Positions 30,358 through 40,313 of a DNA stretch of 45,655 bases are shown here, in pieces; the stretch's first letter is position 1, and every line of letters starts with the position of its first letter. The stretch is taken from positions 1-45,655 of the forward strand of contig JAHLWR010000028.1 in the NCBI GenBank assembly GCA_019057815.1, read 5' to 3'. The notes beneath the pieces were generated by a model. It did no database searches. It was not told where the DNA came from and saw only the letters and a program-made list of their open reading frames with translations. The stretch is from Candidatus Heimdallarchaeota archaeon (lineage in GTDB: Archaea > Asgardarchaeota > Heimdallarchaeia > Heimdallarchaeales > Heimdallarchaeaceae). Position numbers and translations under genes: made by a program.

Positions 30358-30529
30358 AACATTTCACCAGATGATATAAAGGAAACTTATTTATTCCTAT
30401 AAAAATTAGATACAAAATTGCTTACTTAAGTTTTATGTTAATCTAAAATATCGGGTATAAAAAATAAAACGTTAAGGTATTTATTATTTGAAAATCATAT
30501 GAAAAAGCTGTTTTTTCTCAAGCTTTTCA

Positions 30530-31639
30530 TCATAAATCTTCTATATCTAAAATACCTTCAGGTGCTATAATAAACACTGCTTCTGTTTCTGGAATATGAG
30601 GACTGTCTATAACTCTAGCTATCCTTTTATCTGCTTTACCTTTTCGAAGAAAGATTCGTGTTGTACATGAATGAGCAACAATGTTTCCACCTACTGGAAA
30701 AATGGATTCACCATAAAGAACATCTGGTTTAGTAAAAACCTGATTTGTTGCTACAACCGCTATATCATAGACATCTGCTAATCTCAACAATTGGTGTAAA
30801 AATCTATTCAATTTTTGTTGTCTTTCAAGAAGTGCTCCTCTTCCTGTAAATTCTGCTCGGAAGTGGCTTGTTAAGGAGTCTATAACTAATAATTTTACAT
30901 TTTTCTCTCGAATAAGCTTTGGGCTTTCAAGGACTAGCACCATCTGGTGATCTGAGTTATAAGCTCTACCAACATGAATTCTATTAAGAACTTCCTCTGC
31001 TGGGGCTCCAAAACGGTCACACATCTGAACAATTCGCTCAGGACGAAAAGTACCTTCTGTGTCGACATATATGACGCCAGATTCCAATCCTCCATATTTC
31101 TTATCCATTGCTGTCATAACACACAATTGGAAACAAATTTGCGTTTTTCCTGTTCTGAATTCTCCAGAAATTTCAGTGAGAGAATTAGATTCAACTCCTC
31201 CTGCAAGAAGGCTATCTAAGGATTTACTGCCCGTGCTGATTTTTATTAACGTCTCTCTTGCTTTTAATATCTCTTTAGCACTTTGGAAACCTATTCCAAC
31301 TTGGAGTCTAGCAGCTGATATTATTCTCTTAGCTATTTGCTCACCAATCTCACAATTCTCAACCAGTTCTAGTGGAGATGCGTGAGCTACAGCTAATACA
31401 GTTAAATAACCAGCTGACATTAATTTTTCAGCAACAGCTGGACCTATACCAGAAATACTTGTAACTGATAGATCACTTATATCTTCTTTTGATTTTTTAG
31501 TTTCCTTTTTAGGTTGTTGTTTTGGAATTATTTCACTAATCCACTCTTCATCATCAATCTGATTTTCTGCAGTTTGAGCAGATTTTTTCTTAAAAATTTG
31601 TTTCTTTTTAGCTGGTGGTAAGCTATCTCTCTTTGACAT
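30530..31639 (-). CDS. radA: DNA repair and recombination protein RadA
   Basis: HhH N-terminal domain, Walker A GEFRTGKTQ, YVDTEGTFRPERI, Walker B LLVIDS. Probable start MSKRD at 31639. Confidence 0.95.
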   Translation of the reverse strand: MSKRDSLPPAKKKQIFKKKSAQTAENQIDDEEWISEIIPKQQPKKETKKSKEDISDLSVTSISGIGPAVAEKLMSAGYLTVLAVAHASPLELVENCEIGEQIAKRIISAARLQVGIGFQSAKEILKARETLIKISTGSKSLDSLLAGGVESNSLTEISGEFRTGKTQICFQLCVMTAMDKKYGGLESGVIYVDTEGTFRPERIVQMCDRFGAPAEEVLNRIHVGRAYNSDHQMVLVLESPKLIREKNVKLLVIDSLTSHFRAEFTGRGALLERQQKLNRFLHQLLRLADVYDIAVVATNQVFTKPDVLYGESIFPVGGNIVAHSCTTRIFLRKGKADKRIARVIDSPHIPETEAVFIIAPEGILDIEDL

Positions 31640-31710
31640 AATATCACTTCTTGTCTCTGTTATACCATTATAACAGATTTCAATATAAGAATTACTCACA
31701 CATTTTATGA

Positions 31711-31923
31711 GTTATTTTCCCCACTTTCCCAGATTGAAGGAAAGTGGAAGACAATTTTGAGGACTCTTCCCAACCCAGGAGCGTGGATAGTAACGTCGCT
31801 TAAAGCAGTAGCTTAGGGAGTTTCAAGCTCTGGGATTACACCTCCAACACACAGTGTTAGCGGAGGTGAGGGGGTTCATCTCCTCCCCGGGACTCATTAC
31901 TGGAGACTATGTTTTTGAGACCC
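31711..31923 (-). ncRNA. Putative omega/reRNA scaffold of the TnpB element
   Basis: About 210-nt GC-richer segment after the tnpB stop, with hairpins such as CACCTCC..AACAC/GTGTT.GGAGGTG and a terminal CCACTTTCC/GGAAAGTGG (31721-31747). Confidence 0.6.
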
Positions 31924-33394
31924 TTAGGCTCTCACTCCAGCTCCGGGTGTAAGCAGATGACTCTGCTTTGTCCGTAGCCATTGGCTCAAGACTGGGAAGA
32001 CACGAAAAGAACTGAGTGGAAAAAACTTCCCACTAACTTGATCTTTAATAGAGGAATATTTTGGTTGCAGAACATATTTGATCAATCTTTTAGCTATATT
32101 TTTCGCTCCATTCAAGTCAGCATTAAGGTTATATCCACAGGTATGGCAGATGAATGTAGGTTGGTTAGGACGGGCAGTGTGATAGGATCCACAACGAGAA
32201 CAACAAGAAGATGTCCCCGATTCACCGATGCTAAGGATTCTATATTCTTCCCATCCATGTAGAGAGAGTTTGAATTTGAGCAATTCTACCACCTTCCTAT
32301 AATTCCATTTGTGGACTTTTTTACGTGAATAAGGGTGGAGATTACCTCTAAAGTGACTCTTACGGATATGAAGGGGAAAGCCTACCACCACATAGAGATC
32401 ATATCTCTTTCCAACAGAGAGTATATACTTTACTAACCTGTTGACATAGGTGTGGTCCGTTAGTTTATGTTCCGTTCTTTGTCTCTTTCTGAGTGATTTA
32501 AGTTGGTAGAGAAGACTGTCTCTCTTACTTACACTCAGGCTAGGTTTAGCTAAAATTTTCTGCGATTTAGCGATTTTTCTTTCTTTTTCCTTTTGCAATT
32601 TTTTTCGTGTCTTATCAGACCAGAATCTGATTTCGTGACGATTGATTGTTCCTTTCGGAGTTAAGAGTGCACTTACTGCACGTTTGTTGATTCCTAGATC
32701 TATCCCCAGCACAGCTGGAGGACGAGAAGAAGCATACTTATCTGGAACATGGAGCAAGATGAAATGTACCCACCATTCCTTCTTCTTGGGATAGTAGAGC
32801 ACTTCGAGTGCTTGTGTTTTTCCTTGGTGTAGTTTATGTTCATGATAAGGTGAACAAGCTAAAGGTAACCATAACTTCTCGTGTTTATAATTGTCGTTTT
32901 TCTTTGTATCTAAGGAGTCTCTTATCCCCACCCACCATCGAGCAATGGAGTTGGAAGGAGAACAAGTAAGAATAAATCTTTTACCATGAGATAATTGTGT
33001 GCGGGGGATTTTTTTTAGTGGAGGATTTTTAGCAGGCGCTGAATTATTCGCTTGTTGACTGTGGTAGATGGCTACAGCATTCTCTCTACATTCTTGCAAT
33101 TCATTCTGGGAGCAGCGGGGAAAGCTCTCTTTTTAAATCATGTCTAACTATAGGTCGTTTGGGTAGTTTACTCTTCTTATATGTGGTAAGAGTAAGATGG
33201 TCTAATTTTGCTTTACTCACCTTCTTCTTTCCCTTATTTTTGGTTACTAGTTGCTCTTCATTGTGATATATTACTTTGAGGTACTGCTTGATTATTCTTT
33301 TATCTCTCCCTGTAATTTGCTCTAGTCTTCTTCTTTTCCGTGTTGTAATTACTTCTGCTTTAATTCTCACTTTTACAGTCGTTCTCACCCCCAC
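31924..33394 (-). pseudogene. tnpB: TnpB RNA-guided nuclease, split by a frameshift near 33100-33125
   Basis: RuvC-I VLGIDLG, Zn finger CSRC..CHTC, RuvC-III NADLNGAKNI. The N-terminal part is in ORF 33101..33394 and the reading resumes in the +1 frame (FPRCSQNELQECRE). Confidence 0.85.
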
Positions 33395-33477
33395 TTCTCG
33401 TCATTCTAGAATCATTACTTCTATTAGATTTTCCTATAAAAAGCTAACTTAAATGTGGGAAAAGTGGGGAAAAACAA

Positions 33478-33957
33478 TCATGTATTTTCATTTTGATAAG
33501 TTCCAGAATAGCCTTCGCTTACACTTTTTTCTGTTTTAATTAGGATTATTTGAGCTATTCTCGTATTTTTATGTAATGTGATTTTAGTTGTAACGATCAA
33601 CAAACCAATTCCTCTTCCTTTATATCCTGGATCCCATACTGCTGAGCAAAGAGTAGCTCCACAACGCATCAAACTAGAACGTGGAAGGACTAGACCTATA
33701 GAATTTTTTGGTATTTGTATAATCTCATTATATCGAATTAAATATCCTCCAGGTTTCAAAACCCATTTATTTCCTTTGGAATTAATATTTTTATATTCTG
33801 GAATTTGTCTTTTATTATTATCAAAATCTAGAACCCCCCCTTTCTTAAGTTTCATAACTTCTTTTGCAGTAAGATCAAATCCTGCGATTTGAGTTTGTAT
33901 TTCTTCATTTATGTATTCACTAAAAATCTCTTCTGAAAACGGAGGGAGAAAAACCAT
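33478..33957 (-). CDS. dut: Archaeal trimeric dUTPase (dCTP deaminase/dUTPase family)
   Basis: GFDLT, LPRSSL, WDPGYKG, RIAQI, YSGTYQ. Confidence 0.85.
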   Translation of the reverse strand: MVFLPPFSEEIFSEYINEEIQTQIAGFDLTAKEVMKLKKGGVLDFDNNKRQIPEYKNINSKGNKWVLKPGGYLIRYNEIIQIPKNSIGLVLPRSSLMRCGATLCSAVWDPGYKGRGIGLLIVTTKITLHKNTRIAQIILIKTEKSVSEGYSGTYQNENT

Positions 33958-34042
33958 ATGACCAAATTACTAATAGTGTATTTAAAGATTTTAGAAAAAG
34001 AAATTCTGTACATTTCAATCAAGAAAATATAACCGATTCTAA

Positions 34043-35026
34043 TTATTGTCCTTCAAACATTCTGGCTATTAGCTTTTGTTTACAATTTGGACATTGTGGT
34101 TTAACTTTTATCCATTCAATAATGTGGGAATAATGTGATGGTGTGTCACAGAATGGACATCTGATGAAATTATCACCTGCTTTAATATGTGACATACAAA
34201 CGGTACATCTTTCATCCAAATCCGAGGTTGCAACTTTTAGTGGTTGACGGGTTTTTACTTTCTTTTTAGCTTTAGTGTCATCAAGTATTTTTACTTTTAC
34301 AGCTTTATCAGTGTCTACTTCAAGCGAGCCGGACTCTTCTACTATTCTTGATAACTCGTCAAAGGTTTGAGAAGTTGATAGTTCATCTACAGATGAAGTT
34401 GGACTCGGTGGAATTTGACTAACTTCAACAACTTTCTCTTCTGTGATGTCATCAATAGTTTTCCCAATGGCTGCTAAAACGGCTTCAGCTTCACCTTTTT
34501 TACCATATTTAAATAGAATTAAAGCTGATATCTCAATATCTCCACTATCAAAGAAATATCTAGAGAGGTTTCTAACCATTTCATCTTCCCTTTCAGGAGC
34601 ATAGCGTGAGATGATTGCTATAGCATCTTGGGTTGAATCTTTACCTTTAGCAGCAATAGACTTTGCAGCTCCAAAAATACGACCAGTTTTTAAATATTCA
34701 TCCTTTGCTCTATCATACAATCCTGCTCTAAAATATTCGTCAGCAGAAGCGTAATCTGCCCTTGATTGTGAACTACTAGAAGTAGAAGGTCTTGCAACGG
34801 TCATTTGCTGTTTTCTATAATGAGGTGCGGTTGTAGGTGATGTTGGTCTTGTTGATCCTTGTTGCTGATTTGGAGGGGAAACTGGCATATAGGGTCTATA
34901 CATTCTCTTAGGTGCTCTTTGTTTCTTTTGACTCTTTATAGCTGTTCTTGCAGCTATTATTAAAGCCACAGCAACAAATATTAAAAAAATAACTAGTGCT
35001 GGTTCTGTTGCCATATGTTCACCCAT
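34043..35026 (-). CDS. Membrane-anchored protein with alpha-solenoid segment and C-terminal RING-type finger (candidate E3 ligase)
   Basis: N-terminal TM, P/S/Q-rich linker, helical repeats, then CTVC..CPFC..H..H..W..CPNC. Confidence 0.75.
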   Translation of the reverse strand: MGEHMATEPALVIFLIFVAVALIIAARTAIKSQKKQRAPKRMYRPYMPVSPPNQQQGSTRPTSPTTAPHYRKQQMTVARPSTSSSSQSRADYASADEYFRAGLYDRAKDEYLKTGRIFGAAKSIAAKGKDSTQDAIAIISRYAPEREDEMVRNLSRYFFDSGDIEISALILFKYGKKGEAEAVLAAIGKTIDDITEEKVVEVSQIPPSPTSSVDELSTSQTFDELSRIVEESGSLEVDTDKAVKVKILDDTKAKKKVKTRQPLKVATSDLDERCTVCMSHIKAGDNFIRCPFCDTPSHYSHIIEWIKVKPQCPNCKQKLIARMFEGQ

Positions 35027-36740
35027 GAATGTAGTTCATGCTTATTTTGCCATTCTTATCTGTTATAATTACATATCCAAAGCGTTCCAATTGAACAATT
35101 GAACCCACTTCTAGTTTCCTTAAGTGTTTTTCTCCATATCCTTGAATATATTTCAAGCTATCTTTGTTTATTCCATTATTTAAATATAACATATCAGCTT
35201 TTTTTACATACACGTTAACTGGTTCAGACACCCACTGAATTTTTTGAATATCTGTAAGCATTTCATTTCCTAATACTTCAGCCTCAAATTCTTCAGGTGC
35301 TTTTTGTTCTATTATTTTAATATTGTAAAGATCTTTCATTCTTAATATCTTTCCTGGTTGGATGAGTTGACTGTCATCTCCATCCAAATATAATCTGTTG
35401 TAAATGTTTATTTCTCTTGTTCCTAGAGAACTATTGTAAGGATGAACTGATATTCGTTTAGTTATTCTTTCTGGGTTAATAATATTTATCTTGATTGGAT
35501 TACGAACAAAGAAGAAATGTTTGGTTGTGGGTTCAATTATCTTCCTGTTTATTGCATTAATTAGCGACCAATCTATTGTTGTTGTAGATTTTGTTGTACC
35601 TACTTTCTTTATGATCTCTGTTATCGTTTGGGGTTGTATTCCTCTTTTCTTCAGTGCTTGGAAGGTAACCAGTCTTATATCATCCCATCCAGAAACTATT
35701 CCTTTTTCTACTAACTCTCGTATCTCTCTTCCCTTTGTAGGGGCACCAACAATATTGAAACGACTATATTCATAGATCTTTGGAATATTTAATCCAAGTC
35801 TTTTTGCTATGGTTTGTTGTAACTCCTCTCGCATTTTACCAAATTCTATACTTCTAAAAATATGTGTTACTTTTGTTATATGTTCCATTATTGGTGACTC
35901 GAAATCATACATTGGCCAAAGTATATATTTGTCTCCATGTAAACAGTGTGGGGTGTCTGATATACGTAGCAACACTGGGTCTTTCAAAGCAGAATTCTGC
36001 GATTCCATATCCCCTTTTAATCTTATTATAACCTCTCCTGGGGAAAAATTATTTTCTAGAATTTTCTCAAATAACTCTATATTTTTTTCAATTGAATGAT
36101 TTTTATGACAAGAGCAACGTTTTTGTTCATCTCTAAGCTTTGCTATTGTTTCCCTGTCGCATTTACAAACGTAAGCTTGCTCATTTTCCAACATTTCTCT
36201 CGCTTTAGTGTAATATGTATTCATATGATTAGATGCGATAATTTCCTCATCAATTGGTAAACCAAGCCATGATATAGCTTCTCTGAATTGCTCATAAAAT
36301 TCGATTTTTACGGTGTCAGGGTTAGTATCATCAAACCTTAGTACTCTTTTACCTGCATATCTTTCAGCGACTAAATGATTAATACAAAAAGATAACATCT
36401 GTCCTATATGAGGTGCTTTAGAGGGTTCAGGCGGGTAACGAACTTTCACCTTTCCTTGGACAGCATCTTTCATTTCGGGGAGATAATCTCGCTTTTTTTC
36501 TTCAGTTTCAATATCTTCTGAATAGTTATTTGTTACTATCTCTTCGATTTTTTCCCAAGAGTATGAGTTAATTTCCACAACTTTTTCTTGAATCTTTGGA
36601 AGAAGATTTTTTGCTTCTTTTCGAAGCTCTGGATAATATGCGAAGATTTTTTGTGTGACAATTTTAGCATTAGCTTTTTTGTATTTATAAGCGTTAAGTA
36701 TCGTTTCTTTAAAAATAACTTCTTCAGAATCATAACTCAT
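35019..36740 (-). CDS. gltX: Glutamate--tRNA ligase (archaeal type)
   Basis: RYPPEPSKAPHIGQ (HIGH variant), LRFDDTNP, WPMYDF, GWDDIRL, QLERFGY. Confidence 0.92.
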   Translation of the reverse strand: MSYDSEEVIFKETILNAYKYKKANAKIVTQKIFAYYPELRKEAKNLLPKIQEKVVEINSYSWEKIEEIVTNNYSEDIETEEKKRDYLPEMKDAVQGKVKVRYPPEPSKAPHIGQMLSFCINHLVAERYAGKRVLRFDDTNPDTVKIEFYEQFREAISWLGLPIDEEIIASNHMNTYYTKAREMLENEQAYVCKCDRETIAKLRDEQKRCSCHKNHSIEKNIELFEKILENNFSPGEVIIRLKGDMESQNSALKDPVLLRISDTPHCLHGDKYILWPMYDFESPIMEHITKVTHIFRSIEFGKMREELQQTIAKRLGLNIPKIYEYSRFNIVGAPTKGREIRELVEKGIVSGWDDIRLVTFQALKKRGIQPQTITEIIKKVGTTKSTTTIDWSLINAINRKIIEPTTKHFFFVRNPIKINIINPERITKRISVHPYNSSLGTREINIYNRLYLDGDDSQLIQPGKILRMKDLYNIKIIEQKAPEEFEAEVLGNEMLTDIQKIQWVSEPVNVYVKKADMLYLNNGINKDSLKYIQGYGEKHLRKLEVGSIVQLERFGYVIITDKNGKISMNYIHG

Positions 36741-36856
36741 AAGAGAAAAAGCTTGAAACATTGTTTAAATATTTGGGTAATTGTTAACTAGATTTCCTCT
36801 CAATGTTAAATTAGAATGTACTTGAAGGTACAAAAAAGATGTGTTTAATTTCTTAA

Positions 36857-37219
36857 TTACGCGCCTATCTTTATAGTTGTACTTTTATAAGTGTCATCTT
36901 CATGTAAAACATTATTGGTTAAGTTCTTCAGATTTTCAAAAGTTTGTAATTTAAGAAGGTGTGTTCTTTTAATTTTAATATGATGCTTATCTTCTTGTAA
37001 CATCGCACATAAAAGACCGCGATTACATGACCCTTTAGCATGATATGATTGCTTTCTAGTATCATAGATTAAACATCCTCCCTTCGCTGTACAATTACAA
37101 ACTTCTAGATAAACCGGTGAATCTTTGTACGATTTACTTGTACTTATCTTTGCTATTGCTTTCTCAAGTTTGAAGTCCAAATAAGATTCTTTTGTTACCA
37201 TATTTATAACCATGTACAA
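36857..37219 (-). CDS. Hypothetical protein (Cys-containing)
   Basis: 120-aa ORF occupying an otherwise empty interval; no motif recognised. Confidence 0.45.
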   Translation of the reverse strand: MYMVINMVTKESYLDFKLEKAIAKISTSKSYKDSPVYLEVCNCTAKGGCLIYDTRKQSYHAKGSCNRGLLCAMLQEDKHHIKIKRTHLLKLQTFENLKNLTNNVLHEDDTYKSTTIKIGA

Positions 37220-37408
37220 TTTGATGATTAAAATAAGTGTTTTTGTAATATCTAAAGAACATATGTGAACAGTTTCAGATAAACTCTGGATGTTATCCTG
37301 CTTGTTTTTAACTCGCTATTCAATTCTAAAAGAAATTTTGCAACTAAAATGCTAAGTCTAGAAAAGAATTAAAAAAGGTGGAAGGAATAGTCTTGTGAGG
37401 AACCCACA

Positions 37409-38116
37409 ATGTGGATTGCAAAAATATCTGGCATTACAAGTTTCGATGCAGCGCTATCAGTAGATGTTTCTTCAGATTTCGCAATTGGTGTAATTGTGGA
37501 AGATATCGACGAAATAAGACATGTAAGCAAATTTGATGCTAGAAGAATTTTTGCTAATATTAAAAACTGTGTAACTGTAGCAGAAATAAAACCTACTTCA
37601 ATAAATGACATTTTTGATACTATTGATGCATGTTTTCCCCAAATAGTTCAAATTAATGGGGATTTCTTTGATGATATAAATAACCTAATTGAATTACAGT
37701 CTATAGTAACAATTCCAATAATTGGCTCTATATTCTTAGATAACCAAACACTGAAATCAAATATTTTAGATCCAGACCCGTTAAAAGCTGCTGAAACTCT
37801 TGATCGGTTTGTTTCAATTATTAATCTTAATTTACCATTAGATGAGAGTTGGAGAGATCTAAAGAAGAAGAAAAGAATCACTCAATTAATACAGGATATT
37901 CGTAACATAATTACAAAACCACTAGTTATAGGTGGAGGTTTTAAAACTAGCAATGTTGGGAAAATTATTCAAGATCTCTCACCGGATGCTGTAGATGTTT
38001 CTTCAGGTGTTGAAAGAATTACTGGAATAAAAGATTCTGCTATGATGCAAGAATTCCTTCAAACCGTGTATGATCACAAAGGATCACTATCAGGAGTAGA
38101 TGTCACTACTATTTGA
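37409..38116 (+). CDS. trpF: Phosphoribosylanthranilate isomerase (TrpF)-like TIM-barrel protein, divergent
   Basis: AKISGIT, VQING, LVIGGGFKTSNV, AVDVSSGVE..GIKD. Confidence 0.7.
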   Translation: MWIAKISGITSFDAALSVDVSSDFAIGVIVEDIDEIRHVSKFDARRIFANIKNCVTVAEIKPTSINDIFDTIDACFPQIVQINGDFFDDINNLIELQSIVTIPIIGSIFLDNQTLKSNILDPDPLKAAETLDRFVSIINLNLPLDESWRDLKKKKRITQLIQDIRNIITKPLVIGGGFKTSNVGKIIQDLSPDAVDVSSGVERITGIKDSAMMQEFLQTVYDHKGSLSGVDVTTI

Positions 38117-38825
38117 AAAGGGATTTGAAGTATACCCAGAGAACTTTTTTACTTATTTTTGATTCTCCAAAACCTCTAATCCCAAATACATAATCCACAT
38201 GTGTGATTTTTAATTTTTTATTGTATATTCTTAGGAAATCAAAGAGTACCTTGTATCCTTCTAAAGCGAACTTTCCTTTCTTTTCTTTAATTACTTTTTT
38301 CCATATTTCTGTTCTAGATGCATATAGGCCACTCATAACATCCTTTACTCTATTTCTCCCTCTTAAGACGAGTGAAAAGCACCCCAGCATAATCGCTCCA
38401 AAAGACATAATCTTTCTGTGGAGAGGCCATTTTCCAATAACCTCGATCCTCTTTCCTGCTACTAATTCATAACCTTCCCTTAAAACTTTATGAAATTTTG
38501 GTACAGCTTCTGAAGGGTGTTGTAAATCCCCATCCATAACTACAAAAAACTCGGTGTCACAGCTTTCTATAGCGTCCAATACACTGATTGTTAATCCATG
38601 AATTTCTTTTGTAGAACGATCTAGAAATTTTGTTTGTATAGTTCCTTTATGATTCTCCACAGCTTCTTTTGTTTTGTCTTTGGATCCATCGTCAGATACA
38701 ATAACAGTTGATTGTGGGACTTCTTTGTCAAGTTTTTCTAGTAATAACCCTATCGTCTGTTCTTCATTCAATGTTGGGATTATAATTGTTAAATCAGAGA
38801 AGTTTTGTTGATTCTCGTTCATCAA
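38109..38825 (-). CDS. GT2 glycosyltransferase, dolichol-phosphate mannosyltransferase-like
   Basis: IIIPTLNE, SDDGSKDKT, VMDGDLQH, DVMSG, GESKIS. Confidence 0.88.
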   Translation of the reverse strand: MMNENQQNFSDLTIIIPTLNEEQTIGLLLEKLDKEVPQSTVIVSDDGSKDKTKEAVENHKGTIQTKFLDRSTKEIHGLTISVLDAIESCDTEFFVVMDGDLQHPSEAVPKFHKVLREGYELVAGKRIEVIGKWPLHRKIMSFGAIMLGCFSLVLRGRNRVKDVMSGLYASRTEIWKKVIKEKKGKFALEGYKVLFDFLRIYNKKLKITHVDYVFGIRGFGESKISKKVLWVYFKSLFK

Positions 38826-38942
38826 TCTGTCTTACAAGTGCTCTTATTTTTACTTTTCCGATTAGATTTAGTAATTTGTTAACAGAGTAATATTATCACA
38901 AAACAAAGTGTTAAATATGCTTTTATTCCTATTAACATACTA

Positions 38943-39482
38943 ATGAATCTTTCTAGTAATGTTACTTATATCATCAAAGTAATCAATGCTGGTGATTATG
39001 GTGTTGGTAAAACAAGTCTAGCAGTTCGATATACTCAAAATCGTTTTGAATCCAGTTATTTGCCAACCCTTGGTGTTGATTTCTACAGTAAAGTTGTATT
39101 TGTTGGAGAAGATTTAAAGATCAAAGTAGTTGTTTTTGATACTGTAGGACAATCTAAGCTTGTTAGTCTAAGAAAAAGGTATTATACAGGAGCTCATGGA
39201 GCTATAATTGTTTATGATATAACTAGAAGAGAATCTTTTGAACATATACAAACCTGGATTGATGAGATTAGTGAAAAATGTAAGGATATACCTTTTATTA
39301 TAGTCGGTAATAAAACCGATTTAGATGAAAAGAGAGAAGTAACAAATAAAGAGGCAGAAGACAAATGGTCAGAAAAAGGATATACTGTTTTGGAGTCTTC
39401 TGCTAAACTGGGCGAAGGCGTTAATGATATATACAAAATGATTGCTCAGCAAGTCACTAGAAAAATGTCAAACAGTATCTAA
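38943..39482 (+). CDS. Rab-like small GTPase
   Basis: GDYGVGKTS, PTLGVDF, DTVGQ, YYTGAHG, NKTD, SAK. Confidence 0.93.
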   Translation: MNLSSNVTYIIKVINAGDYGVGKTSLAVRYTQNRFESSYLPTLGVDFYSKVVFVGEDLKIKVVVFDTVGQSKLVSLRKRYYTGAHGAIIVYDITRRESFEHIQTWIDEISEKCKDIPFIIVGNKTDLDEKREVTNKEAEDKWSEKGYTVLESSAKLGEGVNDIYKMIAQQVTRKMSNSI

Positions 39483-40159
39483 CTTTTTGTCCATAGTTCT
39501 ATTGCAACAATTTCTCCGTTTTCAAGATATAAACGCGGGACATATTCATCTGCAATGAACGATCCATCAGCAAGATTGACTACAGAATCACTGTTAACCT
39601 CTGTTGCGCCGTCTGGAGCAATATATAACTTATTATTAAAAATGATATAGTCTCGTGTAAAACCCTGAACAGCTGGCAATGTTAATAAGGATATTAAAAT
39701 TTGCTTGATGTCGATTAATGCTTTCCTTTTTTGGACAAGAGATGGCTTCGTAGAACTTGTTTCACTAGCTTGTTTCTTTTTAGTAAGTTTTTGAGTAGCT
39801 TTTTCTACTTTAAGTTGTTCATCTTTTTCTTTTTCGTCTGTGGTTATTGTTGAGGGGGGTTTAGTATACTTTTGTTTAGATGAAGTAATTTTGCAAGCTT
39901 CATCAATCGCATCAAGAAAGTCAGGTGTAGTTTCAGATTCCTCTAAATTTGTAATTCGATAACCGATTTCCATCCTTACTCTTGAGGTTTCTCTAGCACA
40001 TGCGAATTTTGATTGAGGTTTTGCTTTAGCTCCCATCCAAGTAAAAATTCTCTTCTGTACGTGTGAAATCACTAACAAGACATTATTAAGATCTATGGCT
40101 AACTCCTTATTAGTAGTCTCTTCTAGTTCCCCCGAAGGTTTAATTATAAATAAACTCAT
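39479..40159 (-). CDS. Single gelsolin-like domain protein with C-terminal extension
   Basis: VLLVI..KRIFTWMGAKAKPQSKFAC..LEESETTPDFL matches the gelsolin-repeat pattern. Confidence 0.65.
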   Translation of the reverse strand: MSLFIIKPSGELEETTNKELAIDLNNVLLVISHVQKRIFTWMGAKAKPQSKFACARETSRVRMEIGYRITNLEESETTPDFLDAIDEACKITSSKQKYTKPPSTITTDEKEKDEQLKVEKATQKLTKKKQASETSSTKPSLVQKRKALIDIKQILISLLTLPAVQGFTRDYIIFNNKLYIAPDGATEVNSDSVVNLADGSFIADEYVPRLYLENGEIVAIELWTKS

Positions 40160-40313
40160 CAGAGTACAAACCAGAATATCTTATATAAATAGATTGATAG
40201 AATCAACGCTAATTGGTTTTATCAGTGAATAGCCTTAACGAGAAAAGTATTATATAGTATTAATCTTAATATGTTTTGTAGAAAGTAACATAGTTTATTC
40301 AAGAGGAATATTT

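Larger units (their letters stand above)
31711..33475 (-). mobile_element. Non-autonomous TnpB-only element (IS200/IS605/IS607-related)
   Basis: tnpB gene plus a structured 3' region, bounded by imperfect inverted repeats at 31711-31735 and 33452-33475. More GC-rich than the flanks. No tnpA. Confidence 0.7.

Noticed and set aside
33121-33140. Programmed -1 frameshift at T-TTA-AAA in tnpB
   Set aside because: A -1 shift leads to the wrong frame; +1 is required.
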